DNA of 64,000 nucleotides, taken from positions 16,508 through 80,507 of the forward strand of contig JADFPV010000001.1 in the NCBI GenBank assembly GCA_022562155.1. The letters are read 5' to 3'. The notes under the pieces were generated by a model, which searched no databases, was not told the origin of the DNA, and was given only the letters and a program-made list of their open reading frames with translations. Shown piece by piece: positions 9,180 through 17,800 of this stretch (positions within the stretch are counted from its first letter, which is position 1; each line of letters starts with the position of its first letter). A program made the position numbers and the translations under genes. Source of the stretch: Chloroflexota bacterium (GTDB lineage Bacteria; Chloroflexota; Dehalococcoidia; DSTF01; RBG-16-68-14).

Positions 9180-9300
9180 ACCCGCAGGATAAGCCGTTCC
9201 GCAAAGCTGAGCCTACGCCTCAGCCTGTCACTCTGAGCGAAGCTGCCTGCCCTGAGCGGAGCCGAAGGGAAGAGGCTAATCCGCCTCGCCGACACGCTGG
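9180..9300. repeat. Cluster of short GC hairpins (gctgagcctacgcctcagc; gtcactctgagcgaagc; ctgccctgagcggagc)
   Basis: Read directly. The module ctgtcactctgagcg recurs at 62017..62040. Confidence 0.55.
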
Positions 9301-9329
9301 CAAACCAGCAGCACGACTCGCCGGCAGGT

Positions 9330-9385
9330 CCCCTCTCCCGGCGTTTATCCGCCGTTGGCGGAGGAGAAGGTGGCCCTACCGCAAA
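9330..9385. repeat. Direct repeat copy B (ccggcgttTATCCGCCGTTGGCGGAGGAGAagGTgGCCCTACCGCA)
   Basis: Pairs with 7958..8012. Confidence 0.7.
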
Positions 9386-9461
9386 GCGGGAGGGCCGGGT
9401 GAGCGCACCACGGCCAGCTCGCCGAGGTGGGCGGGACGGCGAGGACAGTGCGGATTGTGGG

Positions 9462-10298
9462 TCAGGCCTGCTTCAAACCCCGGGCCTTGATGAGGTCTTC
9501 AACCGTCTCGACCACAGTGGAAGCCTTGTAGACGACTCCCAGATCTATCATCTCTCTCGTCTTCACAAATGGTACCTGCGCCGTAGGGATTGACCTAAAA
9601 CCAATCTCTCCTTCATCTTCCCTATATGCGACTTGGCCGACCAGCCCGAGAAAGATGATCCTACTTCCCACCACGAGGCCCTTCATGGTCGAGTAACTGC
9701 CAACGTTGTGGATGAAGACTGGGCTTCCGCTTGAGCCCGGAAAGACCGATGCATCTATCAAAAAGACTGGTTCGCCGTTGTAATCGAGAGCCAGCGGCGT
9801 TGCGGTTGTCCCTCTTCGCATGATCGGCGTAAGGTTCTTGGTATCTAACAGACCGTTCGGATAGCCGACGAAAACCACCTCTTCCAGTGCATCTAGTTCC
9901 TCGATCTGCTCTTCTGTCGGAATCCAGTCGCTTGGGACGAACCTGAAGAAAATCTGCTTCTTCAGCTCCCTGATCTTCGTGATGAGGGGGCCCAAGGGCA
10001 TCACTGCTACGTCGACCTCGTCCCGGGGATGCCCGTGCCACTGTGAGGCGGCATCTTCAATTGTGAACCCGACGGCCTTCCCGATTACGGGTTCCTTGCC
10101 ATCGCTCGCTGTAAAGAAGAAACGAGCGGTCTCCGCGCGCTCCACTACGTGTTTGTTGGTCACAAGTACCGGTACGGCGGCGTCATCCTTGAGATAGTTG
10201 AATACGAACGTCGTAGCGGTACCAGCCCCAGTCGGGCCAACGGTCTCAAGCCGTACGGTACTGAAGAGAAGCTGTTGCGCTAGAGTTTCGACCTTCAT
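9462..10298 (-). CDS. Cytoplasmic trypsin-like (S1/Trypsin_2 fold) serine protease
   Basis: No signal peptide. His region VLVTNKHVV; catalytic Ser motif GSSGSPVF; Asp region. Lower GC than genome. Confidence 0.65.
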   Translation of the reverse strand: MKVETLAQQLLFSTVRLETVGPTGAGTATTFVFNYLKDDAAVPVLVTNKHVVERAETARFFFTASDGKEPVIGKAVGFTIEDAASQWHGHPRDEVDVAVMPLGPLITKIRELKKQIFFRFVPSDWIPTEEQIEELDALEEVVFVGYPNGLLDTKNLTPIMRRGTTATPLALDYNGEPVFLIDASVFPGSSGSPVFIHNVGSYSTMKGLVVGSRIIFLGLVGQVAYREDEGEIGFRSIPTAQVPFVKTREMIDLGVVYKASTVVETVEDLIKARGLKQA

Positions 10299-10313
10299 CT
10301 CTCGGTTGCGAGG

Positions 10314-10547
10314 CTACCTTGGCTCATAGCGAAGGGGCCGACCTTCAGCCCTAAACAGGTGCGGATACTTCCTTACTCGGGCACTGATCTGACTAGGAGG
10401 AGGGTAGTCGCCGTCGTGGCGAACGTAAAGGCCACGCCGCTCGATCTCGGCTGAGATCTCTCGCGCAGGTAGCTGGCGCCCTACCCTACGCAGGACGTCT
10501 AGTATCGCTTCGTGGAGCGTGACCTGCTCAGGCGTGCGATTCGGCAC
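10314..10547 (-). CDS. HARE-HTH (winged-helix) small DNA-binding protein
   Basis: TLHEAILDVLRRVGRQLPAREISAEIERRGLYV...ISARVRKYPHLFRAEGRPLRYE matches the HARE-HTH/Mrr_N-like pattern. Probable GTG start at 10547 with GGGAGAG SD (the tracked ORF extends to 10622). 15-nt gap to the protease start. Confidence 0.55.
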   Translation of the reverse strand: MPNRTPEQVTLHEAILDVLRRVGRQLPAREISAEIERRGLYVRHDGDYPPPSQISARVRKYPHLFRAEGRPLRYEPR

Positions 10548-10994
10548 TGGTACTCTCCCGGCTCTCGGTCCGCCACCTGACCCTAAGCGCTCTCGCTTCT
10601 GGCTTCTACTATCGCAACCCACCCGCTATCCTAGCACCTCGCCCACCGTATGCTCCGTCGGAGCGAACCGCTCCGGCTCGCTGGCGATCGTGACCACCGC
10701 AGCCGCCACCTTCTCCTGGCTGGCGGACGCGATCTGCAGGCCAGGACGCCACCATCCTCTTCAGGCTCTCGCTGCTAGCTGTTACGCTCGACAGGCCATC
10801 GTCCAAGTTACCCAACGGGTAGCCGGGTACCTTACCAACTAAATCGCACCGGCGTCGCGAAAAACAACGTGAATCTACCACCGGATTCAATCAACCAAAA
10901 CCGTCTAAAACGGCCTCGACTCGAATCTGACCGGTTTCCAAAACCGCGATTTTAATCAAACAATCAAAACGGCCAGATCAGTCGTAGGGGCGCT

Positions 10995-11045
10995 GCTCGC
11001 CGCGCCCTGCAGAAGCGAAGCTTCTGCCAAGCTGACCGCAGGTCA
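10995..11045. repeat. REP-like element (gcagaagcGAAgcttctgc + caagctgaccgcaggtcagcc)
   Basis: Same modules as 341, 2530 and 3040. Confidence 0.7.
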
Positions 11046-11666
11046 GCCGCCCGGCCGACGCAGTGCCTCGCCCGACTTGCTCGCTGCGAACGTCTCCGGG
11101 TCGAGCTGCAGCCCGAGGCCGTCGGCCATGCGCGTCAGGTAGTTGAACACCCCGACGATGTGCGCCACTTCCAGGCACTGCTCATCGTCAAACCCGAGGT
11201 CACGGAGCGGTTGCCAGTCCTCCTCCACCATCCGCGTCGGCGTCGCGCTCATCTTGTGCGCCACCTCGCATAGCGCCCGGTCTTTGGGAGACAGCTCAAG
11301 CTCCTGCCAGCGGTGCTCCTCAATCGCCTTCACCAGCTCATCGTCGCCGCCTTCAGTACGCAGAAACTCTGCGTGGGAGACCGTTCAGTAGTGGCAGTCC
11401 TGGCCCGCCGATGTCACAGCGGCCACCATCTCCCGCTCGCGACGGTTCAACGTGCCATCCTCGCTGAACATGATCTCGGAGAACAACTGTCCAAACTTGG
11501 CCCCGATGCGGCCGTGCGCCATGATCAGCCGCGCCATCGCCGGGAAGAAGCTGGTGAAGTCGTAAGGGTGGACCGGAGCCTCGCGGTCTTTGGGCGCGCC
11601 CGCCATCAGCTCTTCGCTTGTCGGTATCTTCACCCAGGCGTCAGTCGTCTTCTTCTCGGTCACCAT
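11043..11666 (-). CDS. AhpD-like / carboxymuconolactone decarboxylase family peroxidase-related protein with in-frame UGA (candidate selenoprotein)
   Basis: Tracked ORFs 11385..11666 and 11043..11333 are one frame separated only by TGA (11385-11387). Read through it gives ...SAGQDCHY[U]TVSHAEF..., matching the AhpD active site C-x-x-C-x-x-x-H with Sec at the second Cys. Confidence 0.6.
11350..11384 (-). promoter_or_regulatory. Candidate bacterial SECIS hairpin downstream of UGA
   Basis: mRNA UGA-ACGGUCUCCC-ACGCAG-AGUUU-CUGCGU: 6-7 bp perfect stem starting 10-11 nt after UGA, with G/U in the apical loop. Confidence 0.45.
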
Positions 11667-11721
11667 GGCGGCCTCCTCGAGCCTACTGATATCTGGGCCA
11701 GTATATCAGGGAGATAGCCGG

Positions 11722-12303
11722 CTACGGCAGCAAGTCGTACCGCGACACGATCTCGCCGATCTCCTCGAAATCGCGCAAGACCGTCCTGTAAATCTCCGTG
11801 TAATGACTCTCGAAACGGGCCTCCATGACGCGGCGCGCTTCCTCCGGCCCGACGACTTCGATCATCGACCAGTATTCCAGGTAGCAGACCAGGTAGTGCA
11901 GATACGACGAGCCCTTGTCCCCGGCGCCCTCCGGAAACGCGATTGGGGGATCCGGGTACCGTGACCTTAGGTCCCCCAGAGCGCGACGCGCCTTGCGGTA
12001 GCGCCGCCAGGTGAACCAGTGGAGCTGCTCGTGCAGATACGTGCTCAAGGCGAGTGAATCGTCGTCGGGATGGAGCGTGTTCACCGTGAGGACTGGATGG
12101 CTATGTGCGATCACACCCTGCTCGATGCGCACTCGATTCGTGAACTGCCATCTGCGGAGATTGTATAGATCGAGTAGTCGGAGCAGTTGGTCTCGGGCAC
12201 GGCCCTCGCGCTCTGTGCCATTGGCCAGGGAAATACTCAGCGGTCGCGTCGGGTCCTCGGGGAGTAGAGAACGCGGCCAGTCGATAAGGTCGCGGAGGCG
12301 CAT
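11722..12303 (-). CDS. Hypothetical protein (contains HEQLH, possible HExxH)
   Basis: Clean ORF, no recognisable family. Confidence 0.35.
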   Translation of the reverse strand: MRLRDLIDWPRSLLPEDPTRPLSISLANGTEREGRARDQLLRLLDLYNLRRWQFTNRVRIEQGVIAHSHPVLTVNTLHPDDDSLALSTYLHEQLHWFTWRRYRKARRALGDLRSRYPDPPIAFPEGAGDKGSSYLHYLVCYLEYWSMIEVVGPEEARRVMEARFESHYTEIYRTVLRDFEEIGEIVSRYDLLP

Positions 12304-12354
12304 GGTGCCTGCCAGTATAGCCGAAGCTAGCCTCTGGCTAGCCCCAGCCCCTAC

Positions 12355-13347
12355 CTAGCCGAACACGTCCTGATCGACGCCGTCCAGCGACGTCAGGTTG
12401 CCCCAGAGGTATGGCTGGTCGAGCGAATAGCCCTGGCAGGCGCGGCCCAGCTCGTATAGCGTCTCCCAGACAAGGCGGATCAACCGCAGCGGGAGAAGCG
12501 CCTGCCGCTCCTCGCTCAGGATCTCGCCGCCGCAGTCGACGTACAGCTCGACGAACTCGCGCGCGGCTGCTGGGTCGAACTCGTAGCCGAGTTCGCCGCG
12601 GCCAAACGAACACGCGGCATCGACGACTTCGATCGCGCGCCAATCGACCGCGCACTCGTCCCAGTCCACAATGCCGACGATGCGGCCATCGCGCTCGATC
12701 AGGTTCCCTTCCCAGTAATCGTTGTGGATCGGCATCGTTGGTAGGCCGCGCCTGGCGAGCTGATCCAACGCGTCTGGGAGCACGACCACCTCGCCGATCA
12801 GACGTCGATGCAGCCCGGCGGCATCAGTGCCGCCTAGCTCATCCAGGTCGTGCTCCTCCAAGTAGCGCTCGATATCGTGCCACGACCACCAGCGAGTTTG
12901 CTCCCAGTCCAGGTCGCCTCGAGCTGGAAAGCCGGGACGTGGTGCGGGCGTCTCGATAGACGCCGCCACGCTGTGTAGCCGCGCCAGCATCTCAGCCCCC
13001 GCCCGGCGATGCTGCGGGTTTTGGCGGTCCGGCTTCTCGCCTTCGACGAATGTCGTCAGCACCGCGACGCGCCCGCCCTCGGCGGCTTGTAGCTCGCCGC
13101 GGTCAGTTCGTATTGCGGCCGGCACCTCCGGCAAGCGTTCCGCGAATGGCGCTACCAGCTCTAACTCAGAGGCCACGTCTTCCGGCGAGACATCCGGCGT
13201 GTAGATTCGCAGCGCATACGGCCCGCCGTCCGCATCGATGCGATAGACGTCCTTTAGCTCACCGCCGCCCAGGCGCGCGAACTCGTTCGCGTCGTGAAGC
13301 TCGCCCCAGTGCCGAGAGAACCCTCGGGCTAGTTCGGAGGCCTTCAT
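12355..13347 (-). CDS. Aminoglycoside phosphotransferase (APH/ePK-like) family kinase
   Basis: Brenner motif IHNDYWEGN and DFD-equivalent IVDWDE. Start placed at MKASELARG (tracked ORF has an Arg-rich unlikely N-extension). Confidence 0.65.
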   Translation of the reverse strand: MKASELARGFSRHWGELHDANEFARLGGGELKDVYRIDADGGPYALRIYTPDVSPEDVASELELVAPFAERLPEVPAAIRTDRGELQAAEGGRVAVLTTFVEGEKPDRQNPQHRRAGAEMLARLHSVAASIETPAPRPGFPARGDLDWEQTRWWSWHDIERYLEEHDLDELGGTDAAGLHRRLIGEVVVLPDALDQLARRGLPTMPIHNDYWEGNLIERDGRIVGIVDWDECAVDWRAIEVVDAACSFGRGELGYEFDPAAAREFVELYVDCGGEILSEERQALLPLRLIRLVWETLYELGRACQGYSLDQPYLWGNLTSLDGVDQDVFG

Positions 13348-13421
13348 CAGGACTGCATAATAGCCAAAGGGCCGGAAATCGAAATCCGGCCCTTCTCGCA
13401 GCTTGGTAGGAGGCGTCTTGT

Positions 13422-14624
13422 CTAGATGATTTCCAGCATGCGGTCGAGCGCAACCTTCGCCCAGCGCTTGTCGTCGTCCGGCACCTTGATCTGGTTGACG
13501 ACCTCGCCGTCGGCGAGCGCTTCGATGACCCATGAGAGGTAGGCGGGATGCACGCGGTACATGGTGCTGCACGGGCAGACGACCGGGTCCAGGCAGAACA
13601 CCGTCTTGTCCGGGTTCTCCTTCGCCAGCCTGCTCACCAGGTTGATCTCGGTGCCTATGCCCCAGATGCTGCCCGGTGGCGATTCGCTCACGGAGCGCAC
13701 GATGAACTCAGTCGAGCCGTCGGAGTCGGCCGCCTCAACGACCTCCGCGCGACACTCTGGATGTACGACGACTTGTGCGCCGCGCTCACGGGCCTCGTTG
13801 ATCTGGTCGACAGTGAAGCGCTGATGAACTGAGCAGTGGCCCTGCCACAGCAGCACCCGGCTCCGTTCGAGGTCTTCCTGGGTGGTGCCGCCCAGCGATC
13901 CGAACGGCAGCCTGTAGTTCCAGAGTGGCATCTCGTCGAGCGAAACGCCCATCTTGATGCCGGTGTTTCGTCCCAGGTGCTGGTCTGGGAAGAAGAGGAC
14001 GCGCTTTTTGCGCTCGAATGCCCACTTCAGCACCTTCGGCGCGTTGCTGGACGTGCAGACGGCCCCACCGCGCTCGCCGACGAACGCCTTCAGCGATGCC
14101 GCCGAGTTCATGTAGGTGATCGGCATCGTGTCCTTGGCGACACCGGCCTCCTCTAGTTCGTCCCAGGCAGCGTAGACGTCCTCCGGGTCGGCCATGTCGG
14201 CCATAGAGCAGCCGGCGGCCATGTTCGGCAGGACCACCCTCTGGTGGGGGGCGCTCAGGATGTCTGCGGCCTCCGCCATGAAGTGGACGCCGCAGAAGAC
14301 GATGAACTCCGATTCCTCATGCTCGACCGCCCATTGGGCCAGCTTGAACGAGTCGCCCTTGAAGTCGGCGAACTGGATGATGTCCTCGCGCTGGTAGTGG
14401 TGGCCGAGCACGATTAGGCGCTCGCCCAGCTTCTGCCGGGCGATGCGGATGCGCTCGATGATCTCACGGGGCTCTAGTGCTAGGTACTGCTGAGGGATGT
14501 CCTGCTGCCAGAAACCAAACGACCGCTCCTCTGTCAGGGGAACGGTCTCAGTGCTGTCTGCCTCGCAAGCGATGCCTGGGAGGACGGTCAATTGGCCGGG
14601 CACTGTTTGCGTAATCATTACCAC
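13422..14624 (-). CDS. nadA: Quinolinate synthase NadA (long form)
   Basis: FIVFCGVHFMAE, three-fold repeat architecture, conserved Cys ligands. Confidence 0.85.
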   Translation of the reverse strand: MVMITQTVPGQLTVLPGIACEADSTETVPLTEERSFGFWQQDIPQQYLALEPREIIERIRIARQKLGERLIVLGHHYQREDIIQFADFKGDSFKLAQWAVEHEESEFIVFCGVHFMAEAADILSAPHQRVVLPNMAAGCSMADMADPEDVYAAWDELEEAGVAKDTMPITYMNSAASLKAFVGERGGAVCTSSNAPKVLKWAFERKKRVLFFPDQHLGRNTGIKMGVSLDEMPLWNYRLPFGSLGGTTQEDLERSRVLLWQGHCSVHQRFTVDQINEARERGAQVVVHPECRAEVVEAADSDGSTEFIVRSVSESPPGSIWGIGTEINLVSRLAKENPDKTVFCLDPVVCPCSTMYRVHPAYLSWVIEALADGEVVNQIKVPDDDKRWAKVALDRMLEII

Positions 14625-14632
14625 AAGATAAT

Positions 14633-14651
14633 TAGTGTACTTAGTACACTA
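14633..14651. promoter_or_regulatory. Perfect 19-bp palindrome TAGTGTACT-T-AGTACACTA immediately upstream of nadA start; candidate operator
   Basis: 9-bp perfect arms, read directly. Lies 9-15 nt upstream of the nadA start codon in the divergent intergenic region. Confidence 0.55.
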
Positions 14652-14731
14652 AACCCTACCACAACGTCACCGGCTCGTCAATACCAGGTTTGACATCCGC
14701 GTCAGTGGGGGTATACGCTCGGCACCTGATG

Positions 14732-16150
14732 AGATGGGCCATCCCATTCGTTTTGCTCCTGGTGGCCTTCGTCGCTTCGTGCGCGGAAAACAGTGGCGAG
14801 GAACCGGCCGGGGATGCGTCAACGCTGTCCGAGATGTCTGCCCAGGGCTGGACGATGCCCGGCTACGATGTGCGGTCCAGCTTCCACAACACGCATGAGG
14901 GCACGGTCTCCGTCGCCAACGTGGGCGACCTGGAAGAGTTCTGGCAAATCGAAGCACCCGTTAACGGCATGGCTGCCGTCGTGGACAACGTCGTCTATGT
15001 GCTGTCGACTGATAGCTTCACCGCGCGGGACGTCGCGACCGGCGAACTGATCTGGGAGAACGAAGACATCCGCGGTACGTCGACGCCTTCGTTCAGCAAC
15101 GCCATGCTCTTCGTGAACGCGGGCAACTCGGTCGTGCACGCGCTCGGCCCTGAGACGGGCGAAGAGCTGTGGCAGGCCGTGGTCGACCCGCACCCAAACG
15201 CGAGCGGGTTCTCATCGCCGGTCGTCTATGGCGATCTCGTCATCGTCGGCAGTTCGTCGGGGGAGGAGGCCGTTGTCGCGGAGAACGCGACCTTCCGAGG
15301 TGCCGTCGTCGCCTTCGATAGAGAGACGGGCGAGGAGGTGTGGCGCTACTACACCGTGGAACCACCCGAGAACGGCGTCGCCGTCTGGTCGTCCGTATCG
15401 ATCGACGCGGAGGCCGGTGTCATCTACGGGACTACGGGCAACAACTACACAGGTCAGGCCGGCGGGACGTCCGACTCCATCTTCGCGCTCGATGTCGAGA
15501 CCGGCGAGCTGCTCTGGCTCACGCAGCTCACCGAGGGAGATCTCTTTACGATCGTCAATCCGCGGAGTGAGGACAGCGACTTCGGGACGAACCCAATTCT
15601 GTTCGACGTGAATGAGCGCAAGCTACTCGGCGCCGGCCAGAAGTCGGGAATGTTCTGGGTGCTCGACCGCGAGACCGGTGAAGTTGTCTGGAGCAGGCAG
15701 GTGAGCGGGGGCAGCGCGCTCATCGGCGGGGTCTTCAACAACGGCGCCTACGATGGCGAGCGCATCATCGTAGCCGGCAACAATGGAGAGAGCGATGGCC
15801 CGGGGAGCGAGCCCGCGACTGGCGAGAGCGAGGCCGGCGCTGCTCGCGGATTTGGTACGTCCGTGCTGATGGCGATGGACCCCGAGGACGGCTCGATTCT
15901 ATGGGAACGGCAGCTGCCAGCCTGGGTCTGGGCGCCGATCACGATCGCGAACGGCGTCGGCTACGTGTCAGCCGAGAGCGAGTTGCAGGCGTTCGACGTG
16001 GCGACCGGCGAGAAGCTGTTCACGTTCCAGACCGGCGGCACGATCACGAGCGGCGCGGCTGTCGTCGATGGTCAGATTTACTTTGGGAGCGGCCTTGCCT
16101 ACTTCACCACGACGCCGAACAACATCTTCCACGCGTTGGCGCTGCCCTAG
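14732..16150 (+). CDS. PQQ-repeat beta-propeller lipoprotein (BamB-like fold)
   Basis: Lipobox LVAFVASC; >=7 repeats of TGE(L/E)(L/V)W. Confidence 0.7.
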   Translation, partial: RWAIPFVLLLVAFVASCAENSGEEPAGDASTLSEMSAQGWTMPGYDVRSSFHNTHEGTVSVANVGDLEEFWQIEAPVNGMAAVVDNVVYVLSTDSFTARDVATGELIWENEDIRGTSTPSFSNAMLFVNAGNSVVHALGPETGEELWQAVVDPHPNASGFSSPVVYGDLVIVGSSSGEEAVVAENATFRGAVVAFDRETGEEVWRYYTVEPPENGVAVWSSVSIDAEAGVIYGTTGNNYTGQAGGTSDSIFALDVETGELLWLTQLTEGDLFTIVNPRSEDSDFGTNPILFDVNERKLLGAGQKSGMFWVLDRETGEVVWSRQVSGGSALIGGVFNNGAYDGERIIVAGNNGESDGPGSEPATGESEAGAARGFGTSVLMAMDPEDGSILWERQLPAWVWAPITIANGVGYVSAESELQAFDVATGEKLFTFQTGGTITSGAAVVDGQIYFGSGLAYFTTTPNNIFHALALP

Positions 16151-16156
16151 GCCTCG

Positions 16157-17314
16157 CTAACGCGCAGCCAGCATCTGCCGCGCTCGGTCGGCGCGATCGA
16201 GCACGAAGTAGGCGACCTGCGCCCAGCGCTTGATGACCTCCTCGACTGGACGATGCCAACTACGTTCGACCTGCTCCCGACGTTGTTCGTTCAGGATCAG
16301 GTCGAGCGTCTGTGGCACGAGTCCCAAGCGCAACGCGACGGCTGCCGTGAAGCCAAGGCGCACCGCGCGTTCATCGCCGCTCCAGCCGGCGTCGCGCAGG
16401 CCGGCGACGTAACCATCCAGTACGGCATCCTCCAGCGCGTCGGCGTCCTTCATGTCGACGGCCATCCGGCGCAGCGTGGCGATCACCAAGTACGTGATGT
16501 CCCCTGACAGCGGCCCGATGCCCACCAGCTCCCAATCGATGGCGACCGTCTCCTGCGTACCGTCCTCGCGTGAGCGCGAGAAGAGGTTCTCGGTATGCGA
16601 GTCGTTGTGGCAGAGCGTGGTGGGTAGTCGAGCGATCGCATTCTGGAAGGCCCGTCGGTCAGCCCACTGTTGTTTCAGTCGCTCGGCGATTGGCTCCGGG
16701 TAAGCGCGTTTTACGTCAGGATGCTGCCACGTCCTTTCGTCACTGATCAACGCTCCGGCGGCGGCCCACCCACCGCCACCGCCTGCGCCTCCGGGTCTTC
16801 TCAGCAACCAGTCTTGATCTGGGAGCGTGCGCTTCTCCAGATACGCGCCGCCCATCTGGCCAAGATGCCGCGCGGCCAGCCCGTACCGTTCGAGCGGCCA
16901 GCCGTTCTCGTACTCGTCGACGAGGTCTTCCAGCCAGAAGACAAACGTCGAGCCTTTCGTCTCGGTGATGTCGTAGCAACGGACGGCAGTGAGACCGGGT
17001 AGGTCGCTCAGGAGGCCTGACCGAAACGCGAGCGCTTCACGATTCCAGAACCCAGGGTGCGCAGGATTGTCAGTGGCGGTCGGATGGCGGCGAACCACCT
17101 TCAGGATCGCGGACCACGGCCTCGAGTGGCCGCCAACCTCGGCTGAGCCTTTGAACCGAAGGATGCCTCGGTAGTCTGGTAGACCGCTTACGACCGCTAG
17201 CTGTGCGTACTTCCATTCCCCGAGCCGCGCTCGATCGTCACCGAGGATACTGCGGACGACTGGCGTGAGCGCGTGGTCGTCCACCGAGGACGCGATCTCG
17301 TCGACGCTCGGCAC
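16157..17314 (-). CDS. APH-family phosphotransferase
   Basis: LCHNDSHTEN (HxDxxxxN) and AIDWE motifs. Confidence 0.65.
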   Translation of the reverse strand: MPSVDEIASSVDDHALTPVVRSILGDDRARLGEWKYAQLAVVSGLPDYRGILRFKGSAEVGGHSRPWSAILKVVRRHPTATDNPAHPGFWNREALAFRSGLLSDLPGLTAVRCYDITETKGSTFVFWLEDLVDEYENGWPLERYGLAARHLGQMGGAYLEKRTLPDQDWLLRRPGGAGGGGGWAAAGALISDERTWQHPDVKRAYPEPIAERLKQQWADRRAFQNAIARLPTTLCHNDSHTENLFSRSREDGTQETVAIDWELVGIGPLSGDITYLVIATLRRMAVDMKDADALEDAVLDGYVAGLRDAGWSGDERAVRLGFTAAVALRLGLVPQTLDLILNEQRREQVERSWHRPVEEVIKRWAQVAYFVLDRADRARQMLAAR

Positions 17315-17317
17315 GCG

Positions 17318-17800
17318 CTAGCCTTCGCGGTACCACCCGGCCTGGCCGGGCATCTCCTCGACGCCAACGGCCAGCGATGTGATGTTCTTCGCGCCTCGCT
17401 CCTCCAGTAGCGCCCGGATGTGTTCGGCGAACCAGCGCGCGAGCTGCTCCACCGTGCTGTTGTCGATCGGCAGCGCGATCACGTCTGCTTTCGGGAACAC
17501 CCAGCCTTTGGCCTCGTAACGGATCTTCCAGTTTGACTTGCCTTCGTCGATTTTGAGCACCTTGCTGTCGCGCTGCAGTAAAAACTTGTGGTCCAGCTCT
17601 TTACACAGGTCACGCGTGATTTTCTTCAACGCGCCGAAGTCGAAGAGCCAGCCGACGTCGGTCAACTCCCCCTCGACCTCGACGATCACATCGTAGTTGT
17701 GGCCGTGCAGCGGTTCGCAGCTGTTCTCAAACGTCGCGAAGTGGGCGGCCGCAAAGCGCAGCGTGTTTCGTCCGACGGTGACCTTGTAGGGCATACTCAA
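17318..17800 (-). CDS. 6-pyruvoyl-tetrahydropterin synthase family (PTPS/QueD-like)
   Basis: CEPLHGHNY zinc-binding motif; ~160 aa. Confidence 0.75.
   Translation of the reverse strand: MSMPYKVTVGRNTLRFAAAHFATFENSCEPLHGHNYDVIVEVEGELTDVGWLFDFGALKKITRDLCKELDHKFLLQRDSKVLKIDEGKSNWKIRYEAKGWVFPKADVIALPIDNSTVEQLARWFAEHIRALLEERGAKNITSLAVGVEEMPGQAGWYREG

Noticed and set aside
9140-9490. 116-aa ORF downstream of the methyltransferase
   Set aside because: Runs through the hairpin-repeat cluster and direct repeat copy B. Arg/Pro-rich low-complexity translation; no family resemblance.
10519-10890. ORFs of 93-107 aa on both strands in the spacer
   Set aside because: Mutually overlapping and low-complexity, with no RBS/start context. 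The region is treated as non-coding or decayed.
12338-12959. Arg-rich ORFs overlapping the APH kinase gene
   Set aside because: Antisense or frame-shifted relative to the kinase with clear Brenner motifs. Poly-Arg composition typical of GC-rich off-frames.
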